Shown: in pieces, positions 21,212-31,451 of the stretch
Layout of the letters: each line of letters begins with the position of its first letter
Position numbering within the stretch: position 1 is the stretch's first letter
DNA from: Clostridia bacterium
Lineage (GTDB): Bacteria; Bacillota; Clostridia; TANB77; CAG-508
DNA length: 64,000 bases
Assembly: GCA_048355915.1 (NCBI GenBank)
Contig: DBGCHZ010000048.1
Span: forward strand, 2,200-66,199
Direction: 5' to 3'
Made by a program: the position numbers and the translations under genes
Notes under the pieces: model-generated
Told to the model about the DNA's origin: nothing
Seen by the model: the letters and a program-made list of their open reading frames with translations, nothing else
Databases searched by the model: none

Positions 21212-23449
21212 ATGAAATTTGATCAATGGAATGGATTTGAAAAAGGTGACTGGCAAAATGAAATAAATGTTAGAGATTTCATTCAACACAATTATACACC
21301 TTATGAAGGTAATTCTGATTTCTTAGCAAATCCAACTGAAAAAACAAGAAAATTATGGGATGAGGTTTTAGAACTTTATAAAAAAGAAAAAGAATCTAAA
21401 GGTGGAGTTCTAGATATAGATACAAAAACAATATCAACAGTTAATAGTCATGAAGCTGGATATATTGATAAAGATTTAGAAGAAATTGTAGGGCTTCAAA
21501 CTGATGCACCTTTAAAAAGAGCTATTATGCCTTTTGGTGGTATTAGAATTGTAGAAAAATCATGTGAAGCTTATGATAGAAATGTTGACCCTAAAGTTGA
21601 GGAAATATTTCATAAATATAGAAAAACTCATAATGATGGAGTTTTCGATGCTTATACTCCTGACATCAGAGCAGCTAGAAGCTCTCATTTAATTACAGGT
21701 CTTCCTGACGGTTATGGTAGAGGAAGAATTATTGGAGATTACAGAAGAGTTGCTCTTTATGGTGTTGACATTTTAATTGCTGAAAAGAAAAATGATTTAT
21801 CTATTTTAGATGTTGATTGTTTAACAGAAGAAATAATTCGTGAAAGAGAAGAAATCCAAGAACAAATAAAAGCTTTAATGGCTTTAAAAGAAATGGCTTT
21901 AAAATATGGTTTTGATATATCTAAACCTGCAAATAACAGTAAAGAAGCTGTTCAATGGCTATATTTTGGATATTTAGGTGCTATCAAAGATCAAAATGGT
22001 GCTGCTATGAGTATTGGTAGAACTTCAACATTTTTAGATATTTATTTTGAAAGAGATTTAAAAAATGGAACTATAACAGAAGAAGAAGTTCAAGAAATTA
22101 TGGACCATTTTGTAATGAAATTAAGACTTGTTCGTTTTTTGAGAACTCCTGAATATAACGAATTATTCAGTGGTGATCCTGTTTGGGTAACTGAAAGTAT
22201 AGGTGGTATGGGAATTGACGGAAGAACTTTAATTACTAAAAACTCTTTTAGAGTTCTTCATACTTTAGAAAATCTTGGACCAGCTCCTGAGCCTAATTTA
22301 ACTGTTTTATGGTCTACAAGATTACCTGATGGATTCAAAAGATATACAACAAATTTATCTATAAAGACATCTTCAATTCAATATGAAAATGATGACCTAA
22401 TGAGAATTACTTTAGGTGATGATTATGGAATTGCTTGTTGTGTTTCTCCAATGAAAATAGGAAAACAAATGCAATTCTTTGGTGCAAGAGCAAACTTAGC
22501 TAAAACTTTATTATATGCTATAAACGGTGGTAGAGATGAAGTTTCTGGAAAACAAATCACTCCAAAATTTGCTCCTATAACTTCTGAATACTTAAATTAT
22601 GATGAGGTTATGGAAAAATTCAGTCAAATGATGGATTATGTAGCTAAAATATATATTAAAGCATTAAATGCAATTCATTATATGCATGATAAATATTCAT
22701 ATGAAGCAATTGAAATGGCTTTACATGATAAAGATATTCTAAGAACAATGGCATGTGGTATTGCTGGTTTATCAGTTGTAGCAGATTCATTATCTGCAAT
22801 AAAATATGCTAAAGTTAAAGTTATAAGAGATGAAACTGGTTTAGCTACTGATTATGAAATAGAAGGTGATTTTCCTAAATTCGGTAATGATGATGAAAGA
22901 GTTGACGAAATAGCTGTTAAAATTGTAAAAATGTTTATGAATAAATTAAGAAGATATCCAACTTATAGAAATTCAAAACATACATTATCAATTTTAACAA
23001 TAACTTCAAATGTAGTATATGGTAAAAATACTGGGAATACTCCTGATGGAAGACGCGCAGGTGAACCATTTGGTCCTGGTGCAAACCCATTACATGGAAG
23101 AGATACTAATGGTGCATTAGCAGTAATGAACTCTATTGCTAAATTACCTTTTGATTCTTCTGAAGATGGTATATCTTACACATTTTCAATAACTCCTGGA
23201 ACTCTAGGAAAAGATGAAGAAACAAAAGTGACAAATTTAGTAACTATGCTAGATGGTTATTTTAAACAAACTGGACATCATATAAATGTTAATGTTTTTG
23301 ATAGAAGTTTATTAGTTGATGCTATGGAACATCCTGAAAAATATCCTCAATTAACAATCAGAGTTTCTGGATATGCTGTAAACTTTACAAAATTAACTAG
23401 AGAACAACAATTAGATGTAATAAATAGAACAATTCATGAAAGAATTTAA
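21212..23449 (+). CDS. pflB: Formate C-acetyltransferase (pyruvate formate-lyase).
   Basis: It is 745 aa. It has the glycyl-radical motif RVSGYAV and the active-site CC (GIACCVSP). An AAAGGAGG RBS precedes it. Confidence 0.95.
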   Translation: MKFDQWNGFEKGDWQNEINVRDFIQHNYTPYEGNSDFLANPTEKTRKLWDEVLELYKKEKESKGGVLDIDTKTISTVNSHEAGYIDKDLEEIVGLQTDAPLKRAIMPFGGIRIVEKSCEAYDRNVDPKVEEIFHKYRKTHNDGVFDAYTPDIRAARSSHLITGLPDGYGRGRIIGDYRRVALYGVDILIAEKKNDLSILDVDCLTEEIIREREEIQEQIKALMALKEMALKYGFDISKPANNSKEAVQWLYFGYLGAIKDQNGAAMSIGRTSTFLDIYFERDLKNGTITEEEVQEIMDHFVMKLRLVRFLRTPEYNELFSGDPVWVTESIGGMGIDGRTLITKNSFRVLHTLENLGPAPEPNLTVLWSTRLPDGFKRYTTNLSIKTSSIQYENDDLMRITLGDDYGIACCVSPMKIGKQMQFFGARANLAKTLLYAINGGRDEVSGKQITPKFAPITSEYLNYDEVMEKFSQMMDYVAKIYIKALNAIHYMHDKYSYEAIEMALHDKDILRTMACGIAGLSVVADSLSAIKYAKVKVIRDETGLATDYEIEGDFPKFGNDDERVDEIAVKIVKMFMNKLRRYPTYRNSKHTLSILTITSNVVYGKNTGNTPDGRRAGEPFGPGANPLHGRDTNGALAVMNSIAKLPFDSSEDGISYTFSITPGTLGKDEETKVTNLVTMLDGYFKQTGHHINVNVFDRSLLVDAMEHPEKYPQLTIRVSGYAVNFTKLTREQQLDVINRTIHERI

Positions 23450-23461
23450 TATTTAAGTTTT

Positions 23462-23504
23462 CACCAAATCGTTTCAGTTTGATTGTGCGATTTGGTGTTT
23501 CTTT
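23462..23504 (+). terminator. Intrinsic terminator after pflB.
   Basis: CACCAAATCG...CGATTTGGTG followed by a T-rich tail. Confidence 0.65.
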
Positions 23505-23807
23505 ATAAAATATTTTTATAATTTTATTTGTTTTTAATAAAATTTATATAATGTTTTGTCTATATAAATTTTATATTTTAAGAAAGGAGTAATTCGTATA
23601 ACATGTAATCATGAAAAGTAGCTCTGTTACTTTTTCTTCTCGCCGATTCGAGTTTTCGGACTGTAATGAAGAAAATCGCAAAAGCAATAATGATTATAGC
23701 TTTATTAAATAGGATTTTTGATTTTTCTTGTTTAACTAAGAAAATCTCTAAAAGAGTCATTTGACTCTTTCCAAAATCTACTTTTAATTGTTATACGAGG
23801 ATATATT

Positions 23808-24551
23808 GTGAATAATATAGAGTTAGAAAAAAAAGATATAAAATATTTTGCCAAAATTCATTCAGTTGAATCCTTTGGTGCTGTTGATGGCCCTGGAATT
23901 AGGTTTGTACTTTTTTTACAAGGTTGTCACTTGCAATGTAAATACTGCCATAATAGAGATACTTGGGATATGAATGGTGGTTCTTATCGTTCTCTTACAG
24001 ATGTTTTTGAAAAAATAATGAAATATAAAAATTATATAACTCCAAATGGTGGTGTTACAGTTTCTGGTGGAGAACCTTTGTTACAAGTGAAATTTTTAAT
24101 TGAATTATTTAAGAAATTAAAGACTGAGAACATACATACTTGTATAGATTCTTCAGGAATGGTTGCTTTAACAGATGATGTAAAAGAACTATTGTCTTTA
24201 ACTGATTTGGTTTTACTTGATATAAAGCATATAAATGATGAAAAATGTAAAAACTTAGTTGGCCATAGTAATAAACTTGAATTAGAATTTGCTAGATATC
24301 TTAGTGATAATAATATTCCTGTATGGATTAGACAAGTTCTTATTCCTAGTTATACTGATGATGAAGCTGATTTATTAGAATTAAAATCATTTTTAACTAC
24401 ACTTACTAATGTTCAAAAAGTTGAGTTATTGCCTTATCACAGTATGGGTGAATATAAGTGGAAAAAATTAGGTCTAAAATATGATTTAGACGGTGTTAAA
24501 GATGCTACTAACGATGATATTAATAGAGCTAAAAAAATTCTAGGTATTTAA
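23808..24551 (+). CDS. pflA: Pyruvate formate-lyase activating enzyme.
   Basis: It has the radical-SAM CxxxCxxC (CHLQCKYCHN) and the GGEP motif. A GTG start at 23808 is assumed. Confidence 0.9.
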   Translation: MNNIELEKKDIKYFAKIHSVESFGAVDGPGIRFVLFLQGCHLQCKYCHNRDTWDMNGGSYRSLTDVFEKIMKYKNYITPNGGVTVSGGEPLLQVKFLIELFKKLKTENIHTCIDSSGMVALTDDVKELLSLTDLVLLDIKHINDEKCKNLVGHSNKLELEFARYLSDNNIPVWIRQVLIPSYTDDEADLLELKSFLTTLTNVQKVELLPYHSMGEYKWKKLGLKYDLDGVKDATNDDINRAKKILGI

Positions 24552-24696
24552 TTTATACTTAGAATTTTTTCTTATTTTTATTTAATTTATTAAAGCTATT
24601 TCTTTATTAATTTTAATATATTTCTTCTTTTTTAGCCTATTTTTATTTCTTATTAATTTTTATTTTTACTACAAAAAGAAAATTGTAATTTTTCGC

Positions 24697-25710
24697 TTAT
24701 ATTTTATTTAATTTTTTTGTTTCTGTTACTAATTCATCAAAGTCTGAAATATAATTTTTATCTTGTATAACTCTATATTTTTTATATTCATATAAAGCTA
24801 ACTTATCTGCTATTTCTCTTTTTATCTTTCCGTTATCTTTTAAAATGTTATATTCGTTAATTTTTAAAAATATTTCTAACTTTTCTTTCCATTCTTTCAT
24901 TGAAATAATTTTTCCTAATTTTACTTGTCTTTCTGCATAGTCAAGATACATAGATACTAAATTATTTAGCTCTGTAATTTCTTCTTGTGAAAGATAGTTT
25001 TTAGCTATTGTTACATCTGTTTCAAGTATTTTTCCATCTGGTGCATTTTTCCAAGTTGTTAAACCCATATTATCTTTTTTGCTATCAACTCTATTATAAA
25101 TTATTTCAGGTGCTGTCATTCCAGTAATTGCAAAGTGTAACTTGTTTTGAACATTTTTATAAAATTCTTGTGTGGTTTCACTATTTTTATCATAATCAAA
25201 ACTACATTCTTTGTATATATCAGTTATTTTTTGATAAAATCTTCTTTCACTTGCCCTTATTTCTTTTATCTTAGCTAATAATTCATCGAAATAATCTTTT
25301 CCAAACTTTGGTCCATTTTTTAGCATTTCACTATTAACAACAAATCCTTTTTTTATATATTCTTTTAAATTCTTTGTTGCCCAAATCCTAAAATCTGTTG
25401 CTTCTTTTGAATTTACTCTATAACCAACTGCTATAATAGCATCTAAACTGTAAAAATTTGTATTATATTTTTTTCCATCCGAAGCAGTTACTCTAATTTT
25501 TTGAGTAACTGAATCTTTCTCTAATTCTCCTGTTTTAAAGATATTTTGTAAATGATATGTTATATTGTTTTCTGCTACATTGAATAATTTTGACATTGAT
25601 TTTTGAGTTAGCCAAAAGTCCTCTTCATTATATAAAACCTCAACAGATATATTTTCATTATTTTGGCTTTGATATATAATTAAATCTTTCAAATTTTCTA
25701 TATTACTCAA
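24697..25710 (-). CDS. RhuM-family (virulence-associated) protein.
   Basis: The FYSLDAIIAVGYRVNSKEATDFRIWAT block is the hallmark of RhuM-family proteins. Length is 337 aa. Confidence 0.65.
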   Translation of the reverse strand: MSNIENLKDLIIYQSQNNENISVEVLYNEEDFWLTQKSMSKLFNVAENNITYHLQNIFKTGELEKDSVTQKIRVTASDGKKYNTNFYSLDAIIAVGYRVNSKEATDFRIWATKNLKEYIKKGFVVNSEMLKNGPKFGKDYFDELLAKIKEIRASERRFYQKITDIYKECSFDYDKNSETTQEFYKNVQNKLHFAITGMTAPEIIYNRVDSKKDNMGLTTWKNAPDGKILETDVTIAKNYLSQEEITELNNLVSMYLDYAERQVKLGKIISMKEWKEKLEIFLKINEYNILKDNGKIKREIADKLALYEYKKYRVIQDKNYISDFDELVTETKKLNKI

Positions 25711-25929
25711 TACAAATCACCTCTCGTTTTATTCCAGAACTACTGTTTGTATTTTATAATAAACCAATTACTATGTCAATATTTTTAGTTAAACTTTTGT
25801 TAGTATTATCTAATAAAGAGTAGATAATTTTAACTTTATTACCTACTCTATTTATTAATATTTTATATACTACTTATATTATTTCAACAATTTTAAATTT
25901 ATTATTTACTATATCTGTTTATATTAAAA

Positions 25930-26865
25930 TTACATTCCCAACAATTTTAATTCAACATTTTCCATTCTATATTTTCCATCTACTAATTTAAACTCTACCA
26001 ATGTTTCTTCTAATGTTTCTTTATTTTGTCTTAAATCAGTAGTAAAGTATAATTTAATTTGTGGTATTTCAACTTGATTTTTTACAATTTCTTTGAAAGT
26101 TTCTGCCATATGTTTTTCGTCTTCACAAACTAATATTAATTGTGGCATACTAGAAAATCCTGAATCTCCTAAAACATAGTTTTCATAGAAATCTTTATAT
26201 AATCTCATTCTTTCAACTAGTTTTTTCTCCCAATCTTGTTCTCTTCTTATTACTTCAAAAACAAATTGAATAGATTTATTATTTTTAGTTAATTTAACTG
26301 CTCCCCCACTTGCTTTGAATAGTTTTCCTGTTACTTTCGCTGTTATTGCAGGTTTTACTATATAACTGTCAAAAGCCTTAACTTTTCTTAAATATGCAAT
26401 TAAAGTTTGGTTTCCTGCTAGTCTTTTCTTTATCATTGGTACAGGTTTTGTATTATCTGAAGGTTGCCATTTACAGTCTATTTCTTTTGAATTTAATAAG
26501 TATTTTCCCATTTTCTCTAAACAATAAATTCTATAAATTCCTTTTCCTTCATCTGAAGTAAAATAGTATCTTGTTAAAATTTTTGATTTTACTAATTGTT
26601 CTAATTTATTATTTAATTTGTCTTGTGATTTTGGGTCAAATCCTTTTATTTCTAGCATTTGATATAGTTGTCTTGATGTAATAAATTCAAATTCATTAAC
26701 TAAATCTAATATTGCAAAATGAATTTCATTAATATGTCCTATATTTATCTTATGTACTATTTGATTCATTGATACATAGCCATCTTTTCCATCAAAAGTT
26801 TTTATTTCCCCTTCTCTTATTGCAAATGGAGATACTTGTGCTTTAATTTCGTTATCTTCAACCAT
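25930..26865 (-). CDS. Hypothetical protein with an N-terminal winged-helix, possibly of the replication-relaxation family.
   Basis: It has an ILDLVNEFEFITSRQLYQML wHTH-like segment. The association with RhuM suggests a mobile-element remnant. The family assignment is weak. Confidence 0.35.
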   Translation of the reverse strand: MVEDNEIKAQVSPFAIREGEIKTFDGKDGYVSMNQIVHKINIGHINEIHFAILDLVNEFEFITSRQLYQMLEIKGFDPKSQDKLNNKLEQLVKSKILTRYYFTSDEGKGIYRIYCLEKMGKYLLNSKEIDCKWQPSDNTKPVPMIKKRLAGNQTLIAYLRKVKAFDSYIVKPAITAKVTGKLFKASGGAVKLTKNNKSIQFVFEVIRREQDWEKKLVERMRLYKDFYENYVLGDSGFSSMPQLILVCEDEKHMAETFKEIVKNQVEIPQIKLYFTTDLRQNKETLEETLVEFKLVDGKYRMENVELKLLGM

Positions 26866-26973
26866 TTTTAATCCTCCTTAAATTTTAGAAATATCTATTA
26901 ATTTAAAATTTATAAACTTATATTAATTTGTTTAAATCTATTTAATTTTGTTTTTTTCTTTTGATTTCTATTT

Positions 26974-27777
26974 TTAATTATTTATGCTTAGCTTTACTTT
27001 TCTTTTTTCTTTGTCAATTTTTTTAATGTGGACATTAACCTCTTGACCATATTCAAGCCCTTCACTATATTCTGCCATACCAACTAAATTTGGAGTAAGT
27101 TCAATGAATATTCCGTTTCTGTTTTTTTCTGTTTCTCTTACTATTCCTTGAACATTCATTCCTTGAGTAAATTTTTGTATATTTTCTTCCCAAGTTCCTA
27201 ATATTTCTTTATATGATAAATTTATTCTGCCACTTTCTTTATCTATTGATTTTACCACAACATTTATTTTTTGTCCAATTTTTAGCCTTTCATATGGGGT
27301 TTTTATTCTTGCAATTGATAAATCTTCAATATGTGCTAAGCCTACTACTCCTCCACCAATTTCTATAAATGCTCCATATGGTTTTATATTTTTTACTATT
27401 CCTGTGATAACTTGTCCAATTTCTAAGTCCTTTTGTATTGAATTTACAACTTCTTCTTGAACAGCTCTTCTTGATAAAAGTAATGTATCTGTTCCTTTTA
27501 TTCCCTCAACTTTGAATTGAACATATTTATTTAACTTTCCTACACATAATTTGGTGTCTATGTCTTGTCCTTGTTTAGTGTTTTCAACCTCTGATTTTGG
27601 AATAATTCCTTTAATTCCATTTCCTAAGTTTATATGTAAGTTATAATTTTCATCATAACTTTCGACTTTACCTTGCAATATTTCTTTTGTGCTTATTAAA
27701 TTTTTAGCTTCATGTATGCTAGAAATCTTTTTTTCCTCTTCATTCCAGCCTTCTGGTATAAATTTAAACGGTTTCAT
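26974..27777 (-). CDS. S1 RNA-binding domain protein.
   Basis: It has two S1-like OB folds (GQVITGIVKNIKPYGAFIEIGGGVVGLAHIEDLS). Confidence 0.75.
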   Translation of the reverse strand: MKPFKFIPEGWNEEEKKISSIHEAKNLISTKEILQGKVESYDENYNLHINLGNGIKGIIPKSEVENTKQGQDIDTKLCVGKLNKYVQFKVEGIKGTDTLLLSRRAVQEEVVNSIQKDLEIGQVITGIVKNIKPYGAFIEIGGGVVGLAHIEDLSIARIKTPYERLKIGQKINVVVKSIDKESGRINLSYKEILGTWEENIQKFTQGMNVQGIVRETEKNRNGIFIELTPNLVGMAEYSEGLEYGQEVNVHIKKIDKEKRKVKLSINN

Positions 27778-27854
27778 TATTTTCTCCTTTGTATTTGCAT
27801 TGTTTTCTTTTGTTGGTGTTATTATATATTTTTATATAAGTTTTTTCAATGCTT

Positions 27855-28355
27855 TTAATCAAAATAATTACTTATTTCTTGCAAGTCTTCAAAATTCTTT
27901 TGCCTTAGTATTTCATATGTAATTATAGCAACTGAATTAGATAAATTTAATGACCTTAATGTTGGAAGCATTGGTATTCTTATTGTTTTTTGGTCTAAAT
28001 ATTTTTCTAATAAATCTTCTGGTAACCCTTTTGTTTCTTTTCCATATAGTACAAATATTTCTTCCATTTTTGAGTAATCTATATCTGTATATTTTGTCTT
28101 TCCTTTTGTTGTTGCAAAAAACATATTATGTTCTTCTGGTTTATATTTATTTAAAAATTCTTCTAATGAATTATGTTCTTCTATTTCTAGTTTATCCCAA
28201 TAGTCTAATCCAGCTCTTTTTATTGATTTGTCATCTATTTTAAATCCTAATGGGTGAACTAAGTGTAATTTTGCTCCTGTTATTGCACAAGTTCTTGCAA
28301 TATTTCCTGTATTTTGTGGTATTTCTGGTTCTACCATTACAATATTTATTTTCAT
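27855..28355 (-). CDS. trmL: tRNA (cytidine/uridine-2'-O)-methyltransferase TrmL.
   Basis: It is a SpoU/TrmL type: KINIVMVEPEIPQNTGNIARTCA. The ATG at 28355 has an AAGGAAA SD. The track extended the ORF to a TTG at 28373. Confidence 0.85.
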   Translation of the reverse strand: MKINIVMVEPEIPQNTGNIARTCAITGAKLHLVHPLGFKIDDKSIKRAGLDYWDKLEIEEHNSLEEFLNKYKPEEHNMFFATTKGKTKYTDIDYSKMEEIFVLYGKETKGLPEDLLEKYLDQKTIRIPMLPTLRSLNLSNSVAIITYEILRQKNFEDLQEISNYFD

Positions 28356-28451
28356 TTTTATATTTCCTTTCAATTAATAATTTAATTTCAATATTGTTCT
28401 ATTTTTATATCTTCTATTTGTTACAAGATAATGGTCATTATTGTAGAGAAG

Positions 28452-28664
28452 CTGGAAATAGTTGATAATTATCATTTTTTTGCATTTTGACGTTCGCATG
28501 GAATGAAAATTAGAATTGGTTAGGCTTTCAAATGAGGAATGCTCACGGTACCTGAAGTATGAAGGGGTCTGAGTGAGAGAGGCTCATTAGGAAGCCTTAC
28601 CAATTCTTTCTGAATGAAATAAGTAGTCAAAATCAAAAAAATTATAATTATCAACTATTTCCAG
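28452..28664. ncRNA. GC-enriched, rod-shaped structured element of 213 nt. Candidate 6S RNA (ssrS); the alternative is a MITE. The strand is unresolved.
   Basis: It is closed by perfect 21-bp inverted repeats, CTGGAAATAGTTGATAATTAT at 28452-28472 and its complement at 28644-28664. The closing stem extends by U7/A7 and ATTTTGAC/GTCAAAAT. A ~20-nt unpaired bubble follows, with GAATGAAA on both strands. Then comes a ~24-bp internal stem: GAATTGGTTAGGCTTTCAAATGAGG pairs with GCCTCATTAGGAAGCCTTACCAATTC. A short terminal stem and an apical loop complete it. Interior GC is about 40%, against about 25% in the flanks. Confidence 0.45.
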
Positions 28665-28691
28665 CGTCTCCCTTGTAAAAGCTATTAATTC

Positions 28692-29486
28692 TTATCCCTT
28701 TATCTTCTGCCTAACATATTCATATAATATTATTCCTGTTGCTACTGATGCATTTAGACTTTCTGTTTTTCCTAACATTGGTATTTTTACCTTTATATCA
28801 GCCATATTTTGTATTTTTTCTTCTACTCCATTAGCTTCATTTCCTATTACTATTACTTTTTTATTGTATTTAATGTCATATATACTATTTTCAGTTTGTA
28901 ATGAGGTTACTAAAATTTCAAATTTATGTTTTTTTATTTCTTTTAGTGTTTTTTCTAAATCTTCACATTCAATTATTTTTACTCTAAATATAGCTCCCAT
29001 CGTTGAACGAACTACTTTTGGATTATAGCTATCAGCTGTTCCTTTTGATACTAATATTTGATTAATTCCTATACTGTCTACTGTTCTTAGTATTGTTCCT
29101 AGATTTCCTGGGTCTTGAAGGTCATCTAAGGCTACTATGATATCTTGATTATAGTCAATTTTCTCTTCTTTTGAATTGTTTTTTTCTACTATTGCCATTA
29201 TTCCTTGTGGATTTTTTACATCTGTTAGGCTTATAAATATTTTATTTGTTACATATATGCATTCATATTTTGCAATTTCATACATCATTTCTTGTGGAAT
29301 ATATGAACTTTTTTCACAGTCATCACATATGATTATTTGCTTTATTTTTGCATTTTCTTGAATTGCTTCTTGAATTATTTTTATTCCTTCTATTATATAT
29401 TCATTTTTTAAGTCCCTGTATTTTTTCTCTTTTAATTTTTTGATGTTTTTTATTAATTCATTATCTTTGCTTGTTATAACTTGCAT
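28692..29486 (-). CDS. TrmH/SpoU-family RNA 2'-O-methyltransferase (RlmB-like).
   Basis: It has an N-terminal substrate-binding domain and a SPOUT catalytic domain (VIGNEANGV, LNASVATGIILYE). Confidence 0.8.
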   Translation of the reverse strand: MQVITSKDNELIKNIKKLKEKKYRDLKNEYIIEGIKIIQEAIQENAKIKQIIICDDCEKSSYIPQEMMYEIAKYECIYVTNKIFISLTDVKNPQGIMAIVEKNNSKEEKIDYNQDIIVALDDLQDPGNLGTILRTVDSIGINQILVSKGTADSYNPKVVRSTMGAIFRVKIIECEDLEKTLKEIKKHKFEILVTSLQTENSIYDIKYNKKVIVIGNEANGVEEKIQNMADIKVKIPMLGKTESLNASVATGIILYEYVRQKIKG

Positions 29487-29605
29487 TTTTAAATTCCTTC
29501 CTAAAATTTTCCTCTATTTTATCATAAACCACAATAAAATTAAATATCTATTATTATATTTTACTTATTTAACATCATTTATTCTTTTTATTATATTATA
29601 TAATT

Positions 29606-29650
29606 TCCAAAAATAATAAAATACAATATATTACATTTCTTTGCAATATA
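29606..29650. terminator. Intrinsic terminator.
   Basis: Stem AATACAATATATT...AATATATTGTATT followed by TTT. It is downstream of the pilin-like gene. Confidence 0.5.
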
Positions 29651-29667
29651 TTGTATTTTTATCGTTT

Positions 29668-31317
29668 TTATTGCCAATTTAATATTGGTTCTTTATTATT
29701 TATGTTATTTATATCATCTTTAAAGCTTCCATCTTTATTTACAATTTCTAAAATTGTTGGAAATTCTTGTATAGTATTTTTTTCTTCTACTCCTTCATAT
29801 TTTTGTCCTTCGTCTTTTAAAGTTCCTATTCCTTTATCATATGTTCCTTTCAAGAAATAACAATTCTTGCAATTTCCTGATTTAGAACCTATTATGCTAC
29901 CTATTGAATCACTTTGTGTATTTAGCGCCGCTATTTTGCCTACATTATATCCATTTATAATATGTCCTGCTGCATATCCTCCTGCTATTCCTCCTATTCT
30001 TATATTTTTATTTTCTCCTTCGATTGTTATATTTCCCTTATTAAATACATTTTTTGATGTTATATTATAGTTTTTTCCTATTATTCCTCCAATATGTGTA
30101 TCATTATTATCATCTATTTTTCCTTTAAATATTATATTTCCTGTATTATATGAATTTTCTAAATTATAATATTCATAGTTATCTCCCGCTGCTGCGGCAA
30201 TTCCACCTATATATGCATTTTTTACACTATATCCATTTATTTCTCCTGTGTTATAACAATTTTTTATATTGCAATCAACAATTAATGTTGCTATCCCCCC
30301 TGCTAATGTATCACTATTTTCTGAATTTGATATTATCTTTCCTGTATTATAACAATTCTCTATATTGCTTATATAGTCATCAAGATGATTTGATACTCCA
30401 ACTACTCCAGCTGCAACAGCTTGGCCTGTTTCTCCAATATTATTACATATAATATCTGCTGCATTTCCACAGTTTATAACTGTACCATTTTTTTGTAAAT
30501 TTCCTGTTATCCCTCCTACTGAAAGCCACAGTGTTCCTTTGTTTTCTATTTTTCCACTAGTTATACAATTTTTTATATTACCATAATTTACTCCAACTAT
30601 TCCTCCCACTTGTGGACTTTTTCCTTCAACATTTATTTTACAATTAATTAATTTTAAATCTTTAATTTCTCCTAAATTCTTTGCAAATAAACCATAACAT
30701 TTATCTTCTTTTGTTTGTTCTTTTATGTATAAGTTAATTATTGCATAGTTATTCCCATTAAAAGTACCTGAAAAATTGTTTAATTCTTTTGTGTTGTTAT
30801 TGTTTGTATTTCCTATTGGAATAAATCCTGTTTTCCTTGTAAGTATCTCTTTTATTTTTCCTTTATATCCATATTCTGCATAATCTTCTCTATTAGGATT
30901 AGCATATGAATTATCATTTTGAAAATCTAAATTTTGTTTTAACTCTATAATTTTTCCTTCATAATTATTTCCTTCTCGTACATTATGTGAAAATGTTAAT
31001 AAATCTTCTATACTACTTATTATATATGGACTATCTTGTGTTCCTCTTCCTTCTAGTACTCCTGGTGCTTCATCTTCTACTTTTTTTATTATAATTCCTT
31101 GCTTATAATTTTCTATAAAGCTATTTATACTATCTATTTTTTGTTGCTCATCAAGTTCTGCATTTTCTGTTTCTATTTTAGATTTTTTGGCTTGAGTTAT
31201 TATTCCATTTTCTCCTGTTAACATTGAAATAGATACTCCTGCTAAAATTAGTAATACAATTATTGTAACTACTAATGCAATTAAAGTAATTCCTGAATCT
31301 CTTTTCATTTTCTTCAT
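29668..31317 (-). CDS. Large secreted protein. It has a prepilin-like N-terminal helix and a GLUG-motif repeat (beta-helix-like) body.
   Basis: The N-terminus MKKMKRDSG|ITLIALVVTIIVLLILAG resembles a type IV pilin leader with Glu5 replaced by Ala. The body has more than 10 repeats containing GGI(V/T/A/I)G...N. The ATG at 31317 has a GGAGG SD. Confidence 0.5.
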   Translation of the reverse strand: MKKMKRDSGITLIALVVTIIVLLILAGVSISMLTGENGIITQAKKSKIETENAELDEQQKIDSINSFIENYKQGIIIKKVEDEAPGVLEGRGTQDSPYIISSIEDLLTFSHNVREGNNYEGKIIELKQNLDFQNDNSYANPNREDYAEYGYKGKIKEILTRKTGFIPIGNTNNNNTKELNNFSGTFNGNNYAIINLYIKEQTKEDKCYGLFAKNLGEIKDLKLINCKINVEGKSPQVGGIVGVNYGNIKNCITSGKIENKGTLWLSVGGITGNLQKNGTVINCGNAADIICNNIGETGQAVAAGVVGVSNHLDDYISNIENCYNTGKIISNSENSDTLAGGIATLIVDCNIKNCYNTGEINGYSVKNAYIGGIAAAAGDNYEYYNLENSYNTGNIIFKGKIDDNNDTHIGGIIGKNYNITSKNVFNKGNITIEGENKNIRIGGIAGGYAAGHIINGYNVGKIAALNTQSDSIGSIIGSKSGNCKNCYFLKGTYDKGIGTLKDEGQKYEGVEEKNTIQEFPTILEIVNKDGSFKDDINNINNKEPILNWQ

Positions 31318-31364
31318 TTGTTTTTCCTCCATTATTTATAATTAAAATAAGTATAGTTAAAATA

Positions 31365-31384
31365 TGACTATTTGTCAATAGTCA
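31365..31384. promoter_or_regulatory. Palindromic operator TGACTATT-TGTC-AATAGTCA.
   Basis: It has 8-bp perfect arms with a 4-bp spacer. It lies in the 120-bp divergent region between the XRE gene and the pilin-like gene. Confidence 0.5.
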
Positions 31385-31451
31385 CTAAACAACTATTATA
31401 AAATATTTATATTATTAGTCTATCAAAAATATTTGAATGGAGATTTATTTA

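Noticed and set aside
28461-28476. A Fur-box-like TGATAATTATCA inside the 5' arm of the 28.5-kb element.
   Set aside because: It is a 6-0-6 palindrome, not the 7-1-7 TGATAATnATTATCA Fur/PerR/Zur geometry. The palindrome is a by-product of the stem sequence, and the second copy at 4480 is not palindromic.
28452-28664. The element as a MITE or solo IS remnant.
   Set aside because: It is kept only as an alternative. There is no target-site duplication and no transposase remnant. GC enrichment and a 6S-like bubble favour a structured RNA. Only a genome-wide copy count can settle it.
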